64,000 nt of DNA from assembly GCA_000708835.1 (NCBI GenBank), contig DF237038.1:144901-208900 (forward strand), read 5' to 3'. The translations under genes were made by a program, and so were the position numbers. A model generated the notes under the pieces. The model ran no database searches. It saw only the letters and a list, made by a program, of their open reading frames with translations, and was not told the DNA's origin. Shown here in pieces: positions 1 to 12,000 of the stretch (the first letter of the stretch is position 1; each line of letters starts with the position of its first letter). The DNA is from Klebsormidium nitens (lineage: Eukaryota; Plantae; Klebsormidiophyceae).

Positions 1-1363
1 GGATACCAATTCTTCCGCAGGAAAAGGCGGCGCCCCCCGGGGCATTCACCCGGCCACGCGCACCTTCCAGGCGCTGCGGATCGCCGTCAACGACGAGCTC
101 GGGGTTTTAGAAAGGGGGATCCCCCGGGCCATCGAGTGCCTCGCGCCGGGCGGCCGCCTGGCCGTTATCTCCTTCCACAGTCTAGAGGTACGCGTCGTTT
201 TCTGCTTTCGAATGACGTCTGCCTCATCAAATGGAATATTGATCCTTGAAAGAAGAGCTTCAATTTGCCTCTACTGATGTAAGATCAACCAGCTCATGGG
301 AGCTGTTGTTCCTCTTGACTGGCGTCGGTCACCGACTTAACGTCTTTACCGCTTAGGAAGTCGCGTTAGTCCCTGCGACGGAAATCTTTCAAGGTCTGGA
401 AACTCAGGTTTCAGAGCTGGACGCTGTTCCTTAGCCGCGTCTCTCTTTAACTCGACAAAACTGGGCAAAAAGCTTGACATTACCCTGAGAAGTCTTTGAT
501 GAAAGAGGTTCCTAGGATCTAAAATCCAGAGGTTTGGATATGAGGAAATATTTGGCATGAGGCGTCCGAAGCAGGACGGTAATACCGACTCAAGCAGCCA
601 CCGATGCCGCCGAGGCGTCACCAGGCTCGTCATCTGCATGGATACGTTCTGCCGATCTTGGTTCAAGACCCAATGGTGGACCCTTGTGAATCCAAAACCT
701 GGGTTTGTGCGAAGGCAGTTCGAGCTTTCACGGGACGCCAGGAAACGCGAGACGAAAAAGCGGAGAGGCCGAAGGCCTTTATCGGAGTCCGTTCGTTCAA
801 TTAGCAGTCCGATCCTCTGATCTGGAGCGCAGTATTGCGGCTCTCGTTCGGGACTTGACACCGTAGGCACGGAGTTCTGGGTCTCCAATGTTCAAGGTCA
901 AGTTTCGACCCAGCCCGCGTACAAGGTTCAATACACTTTCCAAGCTTGCTACAAACTGCTCATTTTCGTCGCTTTCCATCTGGCTTGCGTTCCAGCTTAC
1001 ATCAAAGTCCTACAACATAGGGGTGGTCTACTTGCTCCGCGGGCGCGTCTGAAGCTGCGAAGCTTTCACGGTTTCCATCCACCCAATCCGTGGTTTACAC
1101 GAAACTTTTCCCAACTACGCAATCGTGTTTCTCGATTGCAGGATCGCATCGTGAAGCGAGCCTTCTTGGCCGCAGCCGGGCGGCCCTATGTCGAAGAAGA
1201 GGACGAAGTAGCCTACAGCACGTCGAATATCTTCCTCGAAAAGGAAACGCCCAAGCCGCTTGTTAAGATTCTTACGAGGAAGCCCTTCGTACCATCGGAG
1301 GAAGAAGCGCGAAAAAACTCGCGAAGTCGAAGCGCTAAGTTGCGAGTTGTCGAAAAGCTATAG
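1..1363 (+). CDS. rsmH: 16S rRNA m4C1402 methyltransferase RsmH/MraW (organellar), 3' part; exons <2-187 and 1142-1363
   Basis: Frame 2 reads [18 protein letters not shown]...[16 protein letters not shown]. After a GT(188)..AG(1141) intron it continues DRIVK...[15 protein letters not shown]. These are the RsmH C-terminal signature motifs. Confidence 0.96.
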
Positions 1364-2520
1364 TAGGGGCTAGGTATCTCCGGTGTCTCAAAGGAGCTGT
1401 TTCACCAAGGGCTCGGATCCAAACTTCAATTGTTTACAAAAGTTGACTTTTCGATCCTGCATTGGCCTCTCTGTTCGATCGTTGTTTGCTCTCTAAAGGC
1501 CAATCATCGCTTCTTATGAAACCGTGTTTCGGCAGTTCTTTTCCGATGTTGCAAAATGCAGACTCCCTCGAATATTGACTTGAAGCCCCTGAACGACGGA
1601 AGGAGTAATGTTACAGCTTCCGAGATTGAAGCAATGTTGTCAAGCCATTGAAAGACCGAATAATTGGTCCGATTCGCGTCGACTTGCCCCTGGCTGGCCG
1701 AGGCCGCCCGCACAACGTTGTATGCTCAGTGGCGAGTCCGCATGCGATTGCCATCATTGTAAGCGAAGGTTGTCGGAGTGACGTCATTCAGCGAAAGATA
1801 GCATCAGTCTACCTGGAGTGTAGACCTTAATGTAAGGCTTGCACAGAGTGACGAGAGCACCCGGCATCCCAACCTAGTGCAAGCTTGATGAATTTGTGCA
1901 GCTTCATTCTTCTCGATCAGAGCTGAGAAAGATCTACGACGCTGGTTGACTGTGAACCGCTTCCTCTCAGCATTGCGCCCTCAAGTCACCTTCAAGAATT
2001 GCATTTGAGTGAGACATTTCTGATTCGGCTCGAGTGAGACTGGTTTTGATTGCAGAAACGGCATCAGATTGACTGCAATCGGTTTTTGAGTCAACTGAAG
2101 GTCGCGACCGCTTGCCCAATATCGGCCTGGTTTTTTCCGTGTCCTCAAGCAGGAGGAAGCAGCTTCTAACCTGCTATCTACCTCAGATCTGCATGAGAGT
2201 GTCTTTCTTCAGGGAAAAAGCGTGAGCGTTTAGTCAGCATTGTTCTGTAGGCTTGTCTGGGGAGAGCATCTCAAGCAAACTGCAGTATAGGCCGTGGCCC
2301 TTCAAATCCGGCTCGCGCACAGAGGTGCTATCTGTTTCTTTCCATGAGAGACTAACGGGCTGCTAATCAGCGGCTAACCCTCAGCTAGCAGAGGCTTTTT
2401 GGATTTGACAGGCGATTCGAAATGACTGTCAATTTCAGGCCGTCAAATCGTCGATACCTCTGAAGAGTTCCCTCTTTGGTCGTTCTCCGGGGAACAGCCA
2501 AAAAGCGAAGAGCCGAAGGG

Positions 2521-5500
2521 ATGTTCGCTAGCAAGTCGTTCACAAAGTCTCTGGGTCAAAAGATGGCACCCAGGATCGCAACTAGTGGCGGCGGCATTCT
2601 CAGGCAGCTCCTTCTCGTGGTTCTGCTGTGCGCCCTTTTCTCCACCCCTTGGCTTCTCAACTGGGGGTCCAATACGGAACTTTTCTCGAGGCAAGTAACG
2701 ATTTCGGGGGACTGGCCGGAATCCATCACACTAGATCAGCTCAAAGAGGCCTTGGCCAATGCGACGGGGGTTTTGACAGCCAGTCTTGAGAGCCTCGCTG
2801 ACGACGGGAATGCGAGGGTAGTTGGCTCGTTGGAGCAGCTGATTAGGAAAATCCTTCGGAGCGAGTTTGAGCGGTTTGCGAACGCATCTCAATTGGGCAG
2901 GGGTGCTTTAACCAAGCCTCAATCAGCAAACCCGGCAGGAGCAGATAACTCCCTTTTAGGGACTTTGAGAGACGCAAACACGCCCCGGTTAGCGAACCCA
3001 GTAGATGGAACCCTGTGCGGTTATCCCAAACCCGAGTTGGCGGAGTATCTCGCAAGACCGCACGGCGATGGGCACCCCAACAAAACCGACGTTGCCCGAA
3101 CTAACCGGTACTTTGTGAGCGGGCAGTGGAGAAACGTAACAGACGCATGGGCTGAAGTGGACGGACAGTATTACGTCGTTGGGAAGGAAACCGTGTGCGT
3201 CGTTGTCGCGGCAAACGGGGTCATGCCGTGCTTGGAGGGGGAGTGCTTCTTTCAGCTGCACGCACGACCGGGAACGACGGACATGGCTGTCGTGGCGCAG
3301 GTAAGAATTTGGGGTTTGGGTGTAGGTTAAGGCATGGTCTGGCGTTGGTCAACTTGAGGGGGGAGGGCTTCTTCCAGCTGCACGCGCGCCCCGGAACGAC
3401 GGACATGGCTGGTTTGGATGTGGGTTGAAGACCTGGTTTGACATTGGTTAAGGCATGATTGGACGACTTGGAGGGTGAGTCTTCTTCCAGCTGCAGGCGC
3501 ACCCGAGAACGACAGACATGGCTGTCGTGGCGCAGGTAAGGTTTTGGGGATCGGAATCGGGTTAAGTCATTGTTTGACGTTGTTCAGGGCGTGGTTTGAT
3601 GTTGGTTGCCTTGGAAAAAGATTTCTTTTTCTATGTGCACGTGTCCTTGGAAATGGGTGACATGGCTGTCGTGGCTCAGTTATGGTTTTGGGGTTTGGGT
3701 GTGATTCTGGTGTGGTTTGGAGACTTCAGTAAGTGTATTAGGTTTCTTACGTATCTTTTCTACGGCTTTCGCTTTGGATACAATATGCAACTTTTATTGG
3801 GTTTGCAGAAGAGATGCCGTAATGCCGTAACGGCACAGTTTGCAAGCGACACCTGAAATTCGCTATAGGATGCAGATCTGGATTCGTGACAAGCGTGATG
3901 TCCGAACCTAAGCCATAATCATGAGATACTTCGACCGCACTGCAATGCAAGTAATCTTCCTGCTTTCACGAGTTGACGCCGCAAGAATTTTCTTTGCATG
4001 CCTCTCCACTTGCTGATATTGACTGGTTCCTTTTGCTTGGGTCCGAGACGCCTCCGCTAACACCCCCGGAAGCCTTCTCTCACGTTCTTCGGCGATCTGA
4101 CTGAATCTGTCGGCTGATCCTCTCCTCTCGAAGCCTCCCTTCCCGGTCGGTCGACGGCAAACCCATTCTTCATCAGCTAGAGTTTTGTACAACCACTGAA
4201 ATAATAGCTCTGCTTCAAGCTCACCTCGGATCCGATCACGGCAATTTTTTAAGTTTTCCGCAGATCCTCAGATCCAAAACTCTGAACCCGAAACCCCACT
4301 ACCAGGTGATAGACTTCAACGAGTACGGGTTCATCGCGCCCTTGGACCTGAAGCCAAAGAACATCCTTGACGCTGGGGGCAACATCGGAATAGCGTCGCT
4401 CGTCCTTGGAATCATGTCAGTTGTCTTCCGTTCTCGTTTTCCGTTTCCTATCGGTTCGGTTCCCATTCCCTTGCAAACGATCGCCCTCGGTTGTTTTCGG
4501 CTTTTGTGTCCCTCGTTCTTTGTACTTATCAGAAAGCAGTCACCAAAGTAGAACGACTCTGTGGGCGGTCCCAATCGCGCGCCCTTTTGACATGAGGTCA
4601 GTAGCCATCTTTTAGTTGTGTGCATGTAAAGACTGGGTTGAGGTCGGGGAGAGATCCGGTTGAGATTGGCGACTGGAGTCCCCGTTCTTATTCAATCCCC
4701 TTAACTTAACTTTGTCCGTCCCGCAACTCTGTCGTTTCAATTTGAGCATCAAATTTTGACTCAGTCATTCGCGAGCCCATCACGCTGGAGCCCAACTCGA
4801 ATAACACCGAATCCTTAAACGGAACCGTCCATTTGCAAACGTTGATCTTCTTCAGATACTGTGTACATTATATGTCAAAACGATTTAGACGTTCATCGCT
4901 TCATATTATTTGCTCCGCCCCTCAGGTGGCCTCCGCTCCGCTCGCATCATTACGCTGGAGTCAAGTCGGAGAATTACCGGGTCCTCACAAAAAAGGTGCC
5001 CTCACGAGAAGTGTGATTTCAGCAAGAACTTTGTACGTTGCGAGTTTTTCGTCAGAGCAATACATACGTCCGTTGCTTCCTATTTTGGTCCGCCCTCAGG
5101 TAGCCCTCCGCTCGCGTCATTACGCTGGAGCCCAACTCGGTCGCGATTATCAAAATCCATAATAACTATGTACATTCTGATCTTTTATCCAGAGAAGTAT
5201 CCATCTATTAATGCAATTGGATGCTCCGCCCCCAGGTGGCCCTCCGCTCGTATTGTCACGCTGGAGCCCAACTCGGAGAATTACAAGGTCCTTACCAAAA
5301 ACGTGCCGTCGCTCCCCAACGTGACTCCCGTGCACGCCGGACTGTGGTCCAAGCACGCGCAGCTGGTGATTGAGCCGAATGACCGTCGGGACTGGGGCTT
5401 CGTCGTGAGTGAAGCGACTCTTCTGACGCATCTCTTCTTCTTCTGGATATCTCGTGTTTCAGTTCCTTTTTTCAGTATCGCATTTTTGTTCCTTTTTGCT

Positions 5501-7189
5501 CTGCCACTTCCTTCCTCAACTCTCTTTGTCGCAGATTTTCTTTTCGTTCTGATTCGCTCTCTGTTTCGCTCTTAAAATTATAATATGTTTTAACAAATCA
5601 AAACAAGTAGTTTTTCCCCTTTTCTCTTTCTCGTACAATATGCTTCGTAACTAATCCCCTTTTTCTTCCGCTGCTTCTCTGTCCCTTCTCTTTGTCGCCG
5701 GTATTGTCTCGTTCAAAATCGTTTTCTTGTGTCTTTTCTCTTCCGCTACTTTCTTTATCTGTGTCGCTGGTTTGTTTGCTTTTCATCCGCGAAAGCGGAG
5801 GTGCGCAGGCGCTTCGGAATTGGCTGCCCCGCAGAAATTTTTGTGCAATATACTGCGTTAGGATGGATACAACTGGGCCTGCTCCCAAAGCTCCGAAAGC
5901 TCCGAAATCGCAACACAGCTAATAAGTTGCTGCTTAATCAATATAAGAACAAAGATCTGAACCCTCAAAATTCGAGGAACGCCTCCACGTCGATTAGGAA
6001 CTAGCATGGAGTAGCTAAACCTTTCTAGTGAATAGTCTCACCGGCCGCTTCTTCGAGAAAGAAACGCTTCCTTGTATTTGAGAGTTGGAGCTCGCTCAAA
6101 CCCGTGGGCGGACGGCTCTAAGATCAGACACCGCCTGAGATTGGGGACCCATAGCAAGTTGCAAGTGCTAACCCAAACGAGCGACGGTGTCCAGAACATA
6201 CATCCAATGTGCCACGTGTCATCGCGCAGGTGGCGAACATTCACGTGCCACGTGTCATTGCTAGATGGTTTGAGCCGGCAAAGATTCACATGCCACGTGT
6301 CATTGCGCGGGCGACTGAGAGGTGAATGGTTGACAAGCCGCGCTTTATTTTGCAGGTGACTGAGCCGACTGTTGCGACGCCCCTGGAGCTCCTAAAGGAC
6401 GCAATGACCGGACTGTCCGTCCCCTCTGTAGTGGACCTTTTTGGGGTGACGGAAGGATTTGACTTTGTCAAGATGGACATCGAGGGTACGGATGGTACTT
6501 CGCACCTCCTTTTTTATTACCTTTCCTTCCTCGTGAGTTTTACGCAATTTCAATGGCCCTTGACACAGTCAATCTTGTCGAGATTGTCGCCCTGCTCCAG
6601 CTTACTTCCTTATGATGAGAGGATGGCTTCGGTACTTTCTTTTTGCTTCCTACCTTTCTACTTGATTGCTCCATTCTGTCCGCTCCTCCGTCTCTGTCTT
6701 GTTTGCGTGTGACGATGTATCCTACTGTTGCTGCAGTGCACATGTGGGTATGTCTAGGCAAGTATAGAGAAAAGCGTCACGCTGAAGAGGCGTCATCTCC
6801 ATGTAACATTGACGTACGTCGCGTCGCAGATTAGGTGCTTCTTTACTCCCTTCACTCCTACATGTTACTCGCTGTTCTTTCACGTGCTAAAATCCAGAGA
6901 TGAGGATCGACAATTTTCAGATGAAAATGGCGTCGGATCTGGAAGTGCGAATGATTGAGGTGTTCTGGCAGGATCGGAAGCGACGGTTTTCAAACCATCC
7001 CCTGACAACGACCTGACTTGGATAGAAAAAGCGGACGTCCTTCTTGTCGAGTTCCACGAACGGTTCGACGAGACGGGCAGCGTCGAGCTTGCGAAAAAGG
7101 GTCTGATAGCCCACCCCCTATTCAAACATAGCGTCGACTACGAGTTTGACGTCTTCCTTAATCGAGCGAGCAACCTCAGTTTTACGTAG
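2521..7189 (+). CDS. FkbM-family (Methyltransf_21) SAM-dependent methyltransferase with N-terminal signal anchor; exons 2521-3300, 4306-4415, 5236-5404, 6356-6485, 6972-7189 (468 aa)
   Basis: All introns are GT-AG and phases are consistent. Motifs: ARPGTTDMAV, ILDAGGNIGIAS (SAM motif I), IVTLEPNSENY, FDFVKMDIEGSE, LLVEFHERF. Hydrophobic ILRQLLLVVLLCALFSTPWLL lies near the N-terminus. The start could instead be ATG 2563. Confidence 0.88.
3232..3720 (+). repeat. Tandem ~120-bp decayed copies of FkbM exon-1 end plus donor (real copy plus 3)
   Basis: ttc..cagctgcacgc..ccgggaacgacggacatggctgtcgtggcgcag|gtaag recurs near 3365, 3480 and 3620. The copy ending at 3535 keeps GCAG|GTAAG. Confidence 0.9.
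4776..5285 (+). repeat. Decayed copies of acceptor plus start of FkbM exon 3, upstream of the real exon (5236)
   Basis: ctccgccc..cag|gtggccctccgctcg..cacgctggagcccaactcggagaatt recurs near 4912 and 5090, with a partial copy at 4776. Confidence 0.88.
6205..6305. promoter_or_regulatory. Three GCCACGTGTC (ABRE/G-box) motifs in FkbM intron 3
   Basis: Exact GCCACGTGTC at 6211, 6247 and 6292. The reverse complement GACACGTGGC is the classic ABRE core. Function is not shown. Confidence 0.35.
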
Positions 7190-7786
7190 GCGCCGACTGT
7201 ATGAACCAAATCTTGGCTGCATTGGCAGCCCTCTCCGTGTGTCTAGCTAGAGCAAGTGTCGACAAAAACTTTGCAGGCTGGAACTTGGTCAAAATTCGAC
7301 GGATTGGGGACCCCACTTTATTACATGCAAGATATTCCAGGATAAATGAACTATAATGTTTTGGTTATATCATCGTCCTCATGCATGCATGAGGTATGAC
7401 TGCTCGTCGCCCTCAATTCATATGTTGTCGGAGGGCCCTCCAGGACGCGGTTGAGCCGCACTTACTTGCGCTGCACCATATGGCCCGGCCTGCATGCGGT
7501 GCACCTTGCCTCTAGCTGTAGTTTCGAGAACCCATGCATGGGGATTTAAGCGCATGCCTCAGACATATCCCATGTAATCCCACCTCGATCGACTATTTCG
7601 GACGCAAATGATCAAATCCTGCAATTCGTACGGTCCGGATTGTCAATCTCCGCATGAACGATTGTGCAGAGCTAGTGCAGGGAGGCCGATCGGACCAGGC
7701 TGTGCGATGCATGGCTCGATGCCAGCGCGGTTGTATAGATCTCTGCATTTTCAGTGCATCGATAGTAATTCGTGCTGAGCACATGG

Positions 7787-8546
7787 CACAAGCAACCTAT
7801 GGTGGGTATCGGCGGTCTCGATCGCGCGACGGTCCGGTCACAAATTTGCATCACCGGTGTGTCGCGTCGCGACAATTACTGTACGCGGTACTGACGATCG
7901 TGCAGACCGGTACTTGAGAATCCGGTCCGAGTTCATGAATTAGAATCTGTCTGACATTCCGATCGTCAGAAACTTCCGGAGTTTCCGGCGGTACGGTACC
8001 GATCAAGTCTGACCGTACGTGAAATTTGAAAATCATGGTTTCGATCGGAAGTTCCGACTCGAACCACCCTAGAGTACCGCGGTACCTAACTTGAAAGGAG
8101 AGTGCAGAAGATGGAAACGGGAGTGTAGGGAATGGCGCTTTTTAGAAGCAAGCAATGGCGGCCAACTTTGCAGCCACGATGGTGCTTCTTCCGATTTGTC
8201 CTCAACATAACAAGATGTTGGAGCTTCGAAGGAGCCTTCATGACGCTCTCCCAACATTTTTTTCTGCTTGTCAGAGGTTTTTATAAGCTGCATATGGCTC
8301 TTCTTTGCGTGCCAATTTGATGCTCCTCTCAAAGTGTAAAACCTGACACTGTCTAAGAATCTCCTCACACTTACTTACGGCCCGGCAAAATTTTTCTGAG
8401 TATTTGTACCGCCCGAGTAACATAAACCTGAGTAGCCGTGACGCGAACCGCCGGTAACACTGACGATATTCGATACGCGCTAAATCGATTTTGTGGCGGC
8501 CGGAGTCGGAATCGACTCGGCCGGTACCCACCATAGGTAGCTTGTG
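7787..8546. mobile_element. Non-autonomous DNA transposon-like element with ~27-36 bp terminal inverted repeats, CAC...GTG ends
   Basis: 7787 cacaagcaacctatggtgggtatcggc is the reverse complement of 8520-8546 with 2 mismatches in 27. Both ends are flanked by gg. No transposase ORF is present, and it lies between convergent genes. Confidence 0.65.
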
Positions 8547-9041
8547 GGGGAATGTACGCGATCGGCCAGGGCAAGAGCGCGCGGCACAAATTGCAACATT
8601 GCAATTGAGGCGCGCCTAGTACAGCAGATTGCATGCATCGAATCATGGTACAAACGTGACGAACTTCAATCGTTTGCAAGTCGCACTAGGCTAATAAAAG
8701 CTCGATCATTTCCGGGTTTGCCGCGATCGGAGCAACAAGCTAGATCTGCATGCCAATTGGTTCGATGCGCGCCGGAAACAGATGCATGCCGGCTATGATC
8801 GGACCATCGCAACCGTCGTGGCCGCCACGAACACTAACGCATACTGGATTTGGACTCCGTTTCTGTATCCAGCTTGAGTGACCAGCCGCACGCCTTAAGC
8901 TCTTGAGAACAGCTACCATGCTTTGTTATAACATGCTCTCCCGTCCACACTGCCAGCCATTGTACGGCAGTCTTTTAAACAACGACTGTCCGGTCACCTG
9001 ATTAACAAGGATGCGTGCAATGAAAACCTTCTCCTGTGCGG

Positions 9042-12000
9042 TCACCTTTCGGTCTTGGGTTCGTGCTTCGAATCTATTTGCCGGCTCAACTTCTCTACAT
9101 CAGCCTCCCAAACCGGCAACGGATGCGCCTCGGTATTAAACACGTATCTATCAAGCGGCAACACATCCGAGTCGGACAACAGCAGGTACAAGTACTTCAA
9201 AGTCTCTCCCAAAAAGAAGGTTTCCATCTTATCCCTCTTGGGGGCAGGGATTTTGGTCACGTCATGGAGTGACGAGTAGCCCCCCGTGGCGACTTTCGCG
9301 TGCGCCTCGAGGCTTTTGAAGATGTCCCATCCCCATTGTCGGTACTGCTCGTCGCCCGTGATCCGGTACAAGACGAACAGCGACTCGACTGTCTCGGGAC
9401 GTAGCAAGTTGTGCCGATCCAAAGGCTGTATGACAATGTCTTCTAGGTACTTGCTCTTCGGGTTTCCGGGAGGCATGCCGTGCACGCCACTGCAAAGCAA
9501 ACCGACGATAGAGCAGCCGTCAGAGAGGGCTCCGTCACGCGTTTGAACTCGAGTTCCACTCTTGGACTTTCCATGCAACCTGCACGTATCTGGGCTCCGT
9601 TGATCTCGTGAGGCAAGCAGATGACAGCAACTAAAAAGCAGATCGCTCAATCCTGTCCAACCAAACAAACCGGATCCGGTGGCAGAAGTCGTCGAGCGGG
9701 GGAAAGAGCCATCGAACCGTTGAAAGCTGCTGCAGCGGAGGCGAAAGCTGGACAAGAAGACATCCTGGCCATATGCACCCTCAACATTCCCGGTTTGTCC
9801 CCAGCACGAACTGTCAGCCCCTTCACTTCTCCACAAGTGATTGAGATCTCTGGGAAACCTCTGGCTAAATGAAAACGGAGGATCTTGACAACTTGCACGT
9901 GAAAGATGGTTCGCCGTTGGTCCACCGCCAGAACACCCACAGGTTATCGCCGTGACCTCACAGCTGGGACTCTCAGACACATAGACGGCAACTTTTTCAA
10001 GGAGCAGCTCCTGCAAAGACAGCTACAAGCTCGCACTCCTTGATCCTTTCGTCTTTTCGCCTGGTCCATGTAATCCGGTCAAAGGCTGTCGCGTTCAACC
10101 AGCATCTGCCTCTGCTAGATGCAGCTAGGTTCCTGCGGTACCACCCCTTGTCAGCCAACGCGCTATCAGTGAGCCTCTGACCGTCCGCTCTCTCTTCACC
10201 TCACCCTTCCTGGGTCCAACCAAACATTACATCCACGTGTCAACCCCACAAAACGCAAACAAATTGTATACTCACCCCCCTATGTTGAAGTACGCAATCT
10301 CAGGCGCCAGCCCCGTGATAGTGACTTCATACATCGCGTAGCACGTGCGGGTAAGCTCCTGCGCAACCCGCAGGTCTTCCTTGTCCACGTCAGAAAAGTC
10401 GCCTGCTGACATCGCCTCCTCGACAGTGCGGCCTTTCGTGGCGCCCAACGCAAGCGCACCCGCCAGAAAACACACCTGAAACAAAGGGAAATATTTCAAG
10501 GATTCGAAGTGTTGCGTTCTATGTCCATTTCTCCGTGCTCCTTCGTTTCGTCTACTTTCCTCGTTGACTTTACGATTTCGAAGCTGTCTATTCTGTGTGC
10601 GGCAAAGTCGGCCGCCGGAACCGCTTCAACGGTACGCCCAAAGCAACGGCACTCCCGAAATAACAGACTGGAAGGCAGGGAATCATCACTCTCCTTCCTC
10701 TTGCTCTGTCTTTCCGTCTTTCCTCCTTGTCGACTTTACATGTCAATCCGTCTTTCCTCCTTGTCGATTTCACATGTCAAGATATTGCGCAGAGTAGTCG
10801 GCCGCTGACGTCACCTCTTCAAGCAGCACCTGGTAGGCCTACGTTGGAAGCGAGGGCGTTCGCCAAGACTCAGATTCGAAAATAACAACAAAGAAGCACT
10901 CGTCTCTCCGATTAGCATGTTATCAATAAACGGAAAAGCGGCAGGCATGGCCACCTCTACGACACGGCCGGCCACGGCGAGTGCCCAGCAAGACAAGTAC
11001 CTGAAACCGCGGATCCCTGTAGTTGGTACTCAAGAAAAGCGGCCAGCTGACTGAACGTAGCGCTTACGTCCTTCTCAAGTTCAGGGGTTGGACGACGCTC
11101 ACGAAGCTCTTTAGGTCAAGAATAAAGTGCGTAAATATCCTTGACTAGGATAGTCACCAATTTACGCGTCTTGCGTAACAGCACGGCCTGCAGTAAACGC
11201 TGCCGCTCTTCCCCTTTACCGCGCACCAGATGAACCTTGGACAATAGTTCCGCCCGCAGTCCGTCCGGCCCTCACTTGACTTCCGAGACCCCCTGACCAA
11301 ACGCAGACAAAAGGCGGGTCCGTTCGAACTCTCATCAGATGATCCGTCTTGGAAGACAGTTCCGCCCGCAATCCGTCCGGTCGCTCCCCACGAAGAGCAG
11401 CCCGGAAGGAAAGAAAGAGCCCAGCAGACGGAACAGGAAGATATTCCAAAACCGTGAACCCTCACCAAATGGTCCATTTTGGGCGACAATTCCGCTCGCA
11501 GTCCGTCCGGCCGCTCGCCCACGAACAGCAGCCCGGACGGAATGGAGGAGCCGAGCAGGCGGCCCTTGACGCCGGCCATCGACTCGTCCCACATCTCACG
11601 CAGCCACCGCACGTCGGAGCTCTCACCTGCGGAGAGTGAGCGTTAATTTCACTTGTGACTTGGTAATAGAACATGGGAGCCCTTTCCTGCAAAAAGTGGA
11701 TGATAGTATCTTTTGACTGACTTGTACTATTGGAAGCTCGTCGGCGAAAAGCGAGTAGTAAGGTGACCTGAATCACGCCGGAAGACTTGCCCACGTTGAG
11801 TGCTTGACATCAACAAAACAGATGGGATAAGAATAGTACCCAACTTTGTTACCTCGGGTCATCCGCATAGGTCGGAGGGGTTGGATTGGGGCGTTGGACT
11901 CACTCTCTCTTCCAGTACCTTCTCGCTAAGCATCGACATGCTTTCCCGCTATGTAAATCGCGCACAAGATCCATCGACTAGCCGAAAAGGAGGAACCCGA

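Noticed and set aside
8040-8075. Hairpin followed by CTAG, resembling a Helitron 3' end
   Set aside because: CTAG is followed by A rather than T, no matching TC 5' end was identified, and it lies inside the TIR element.
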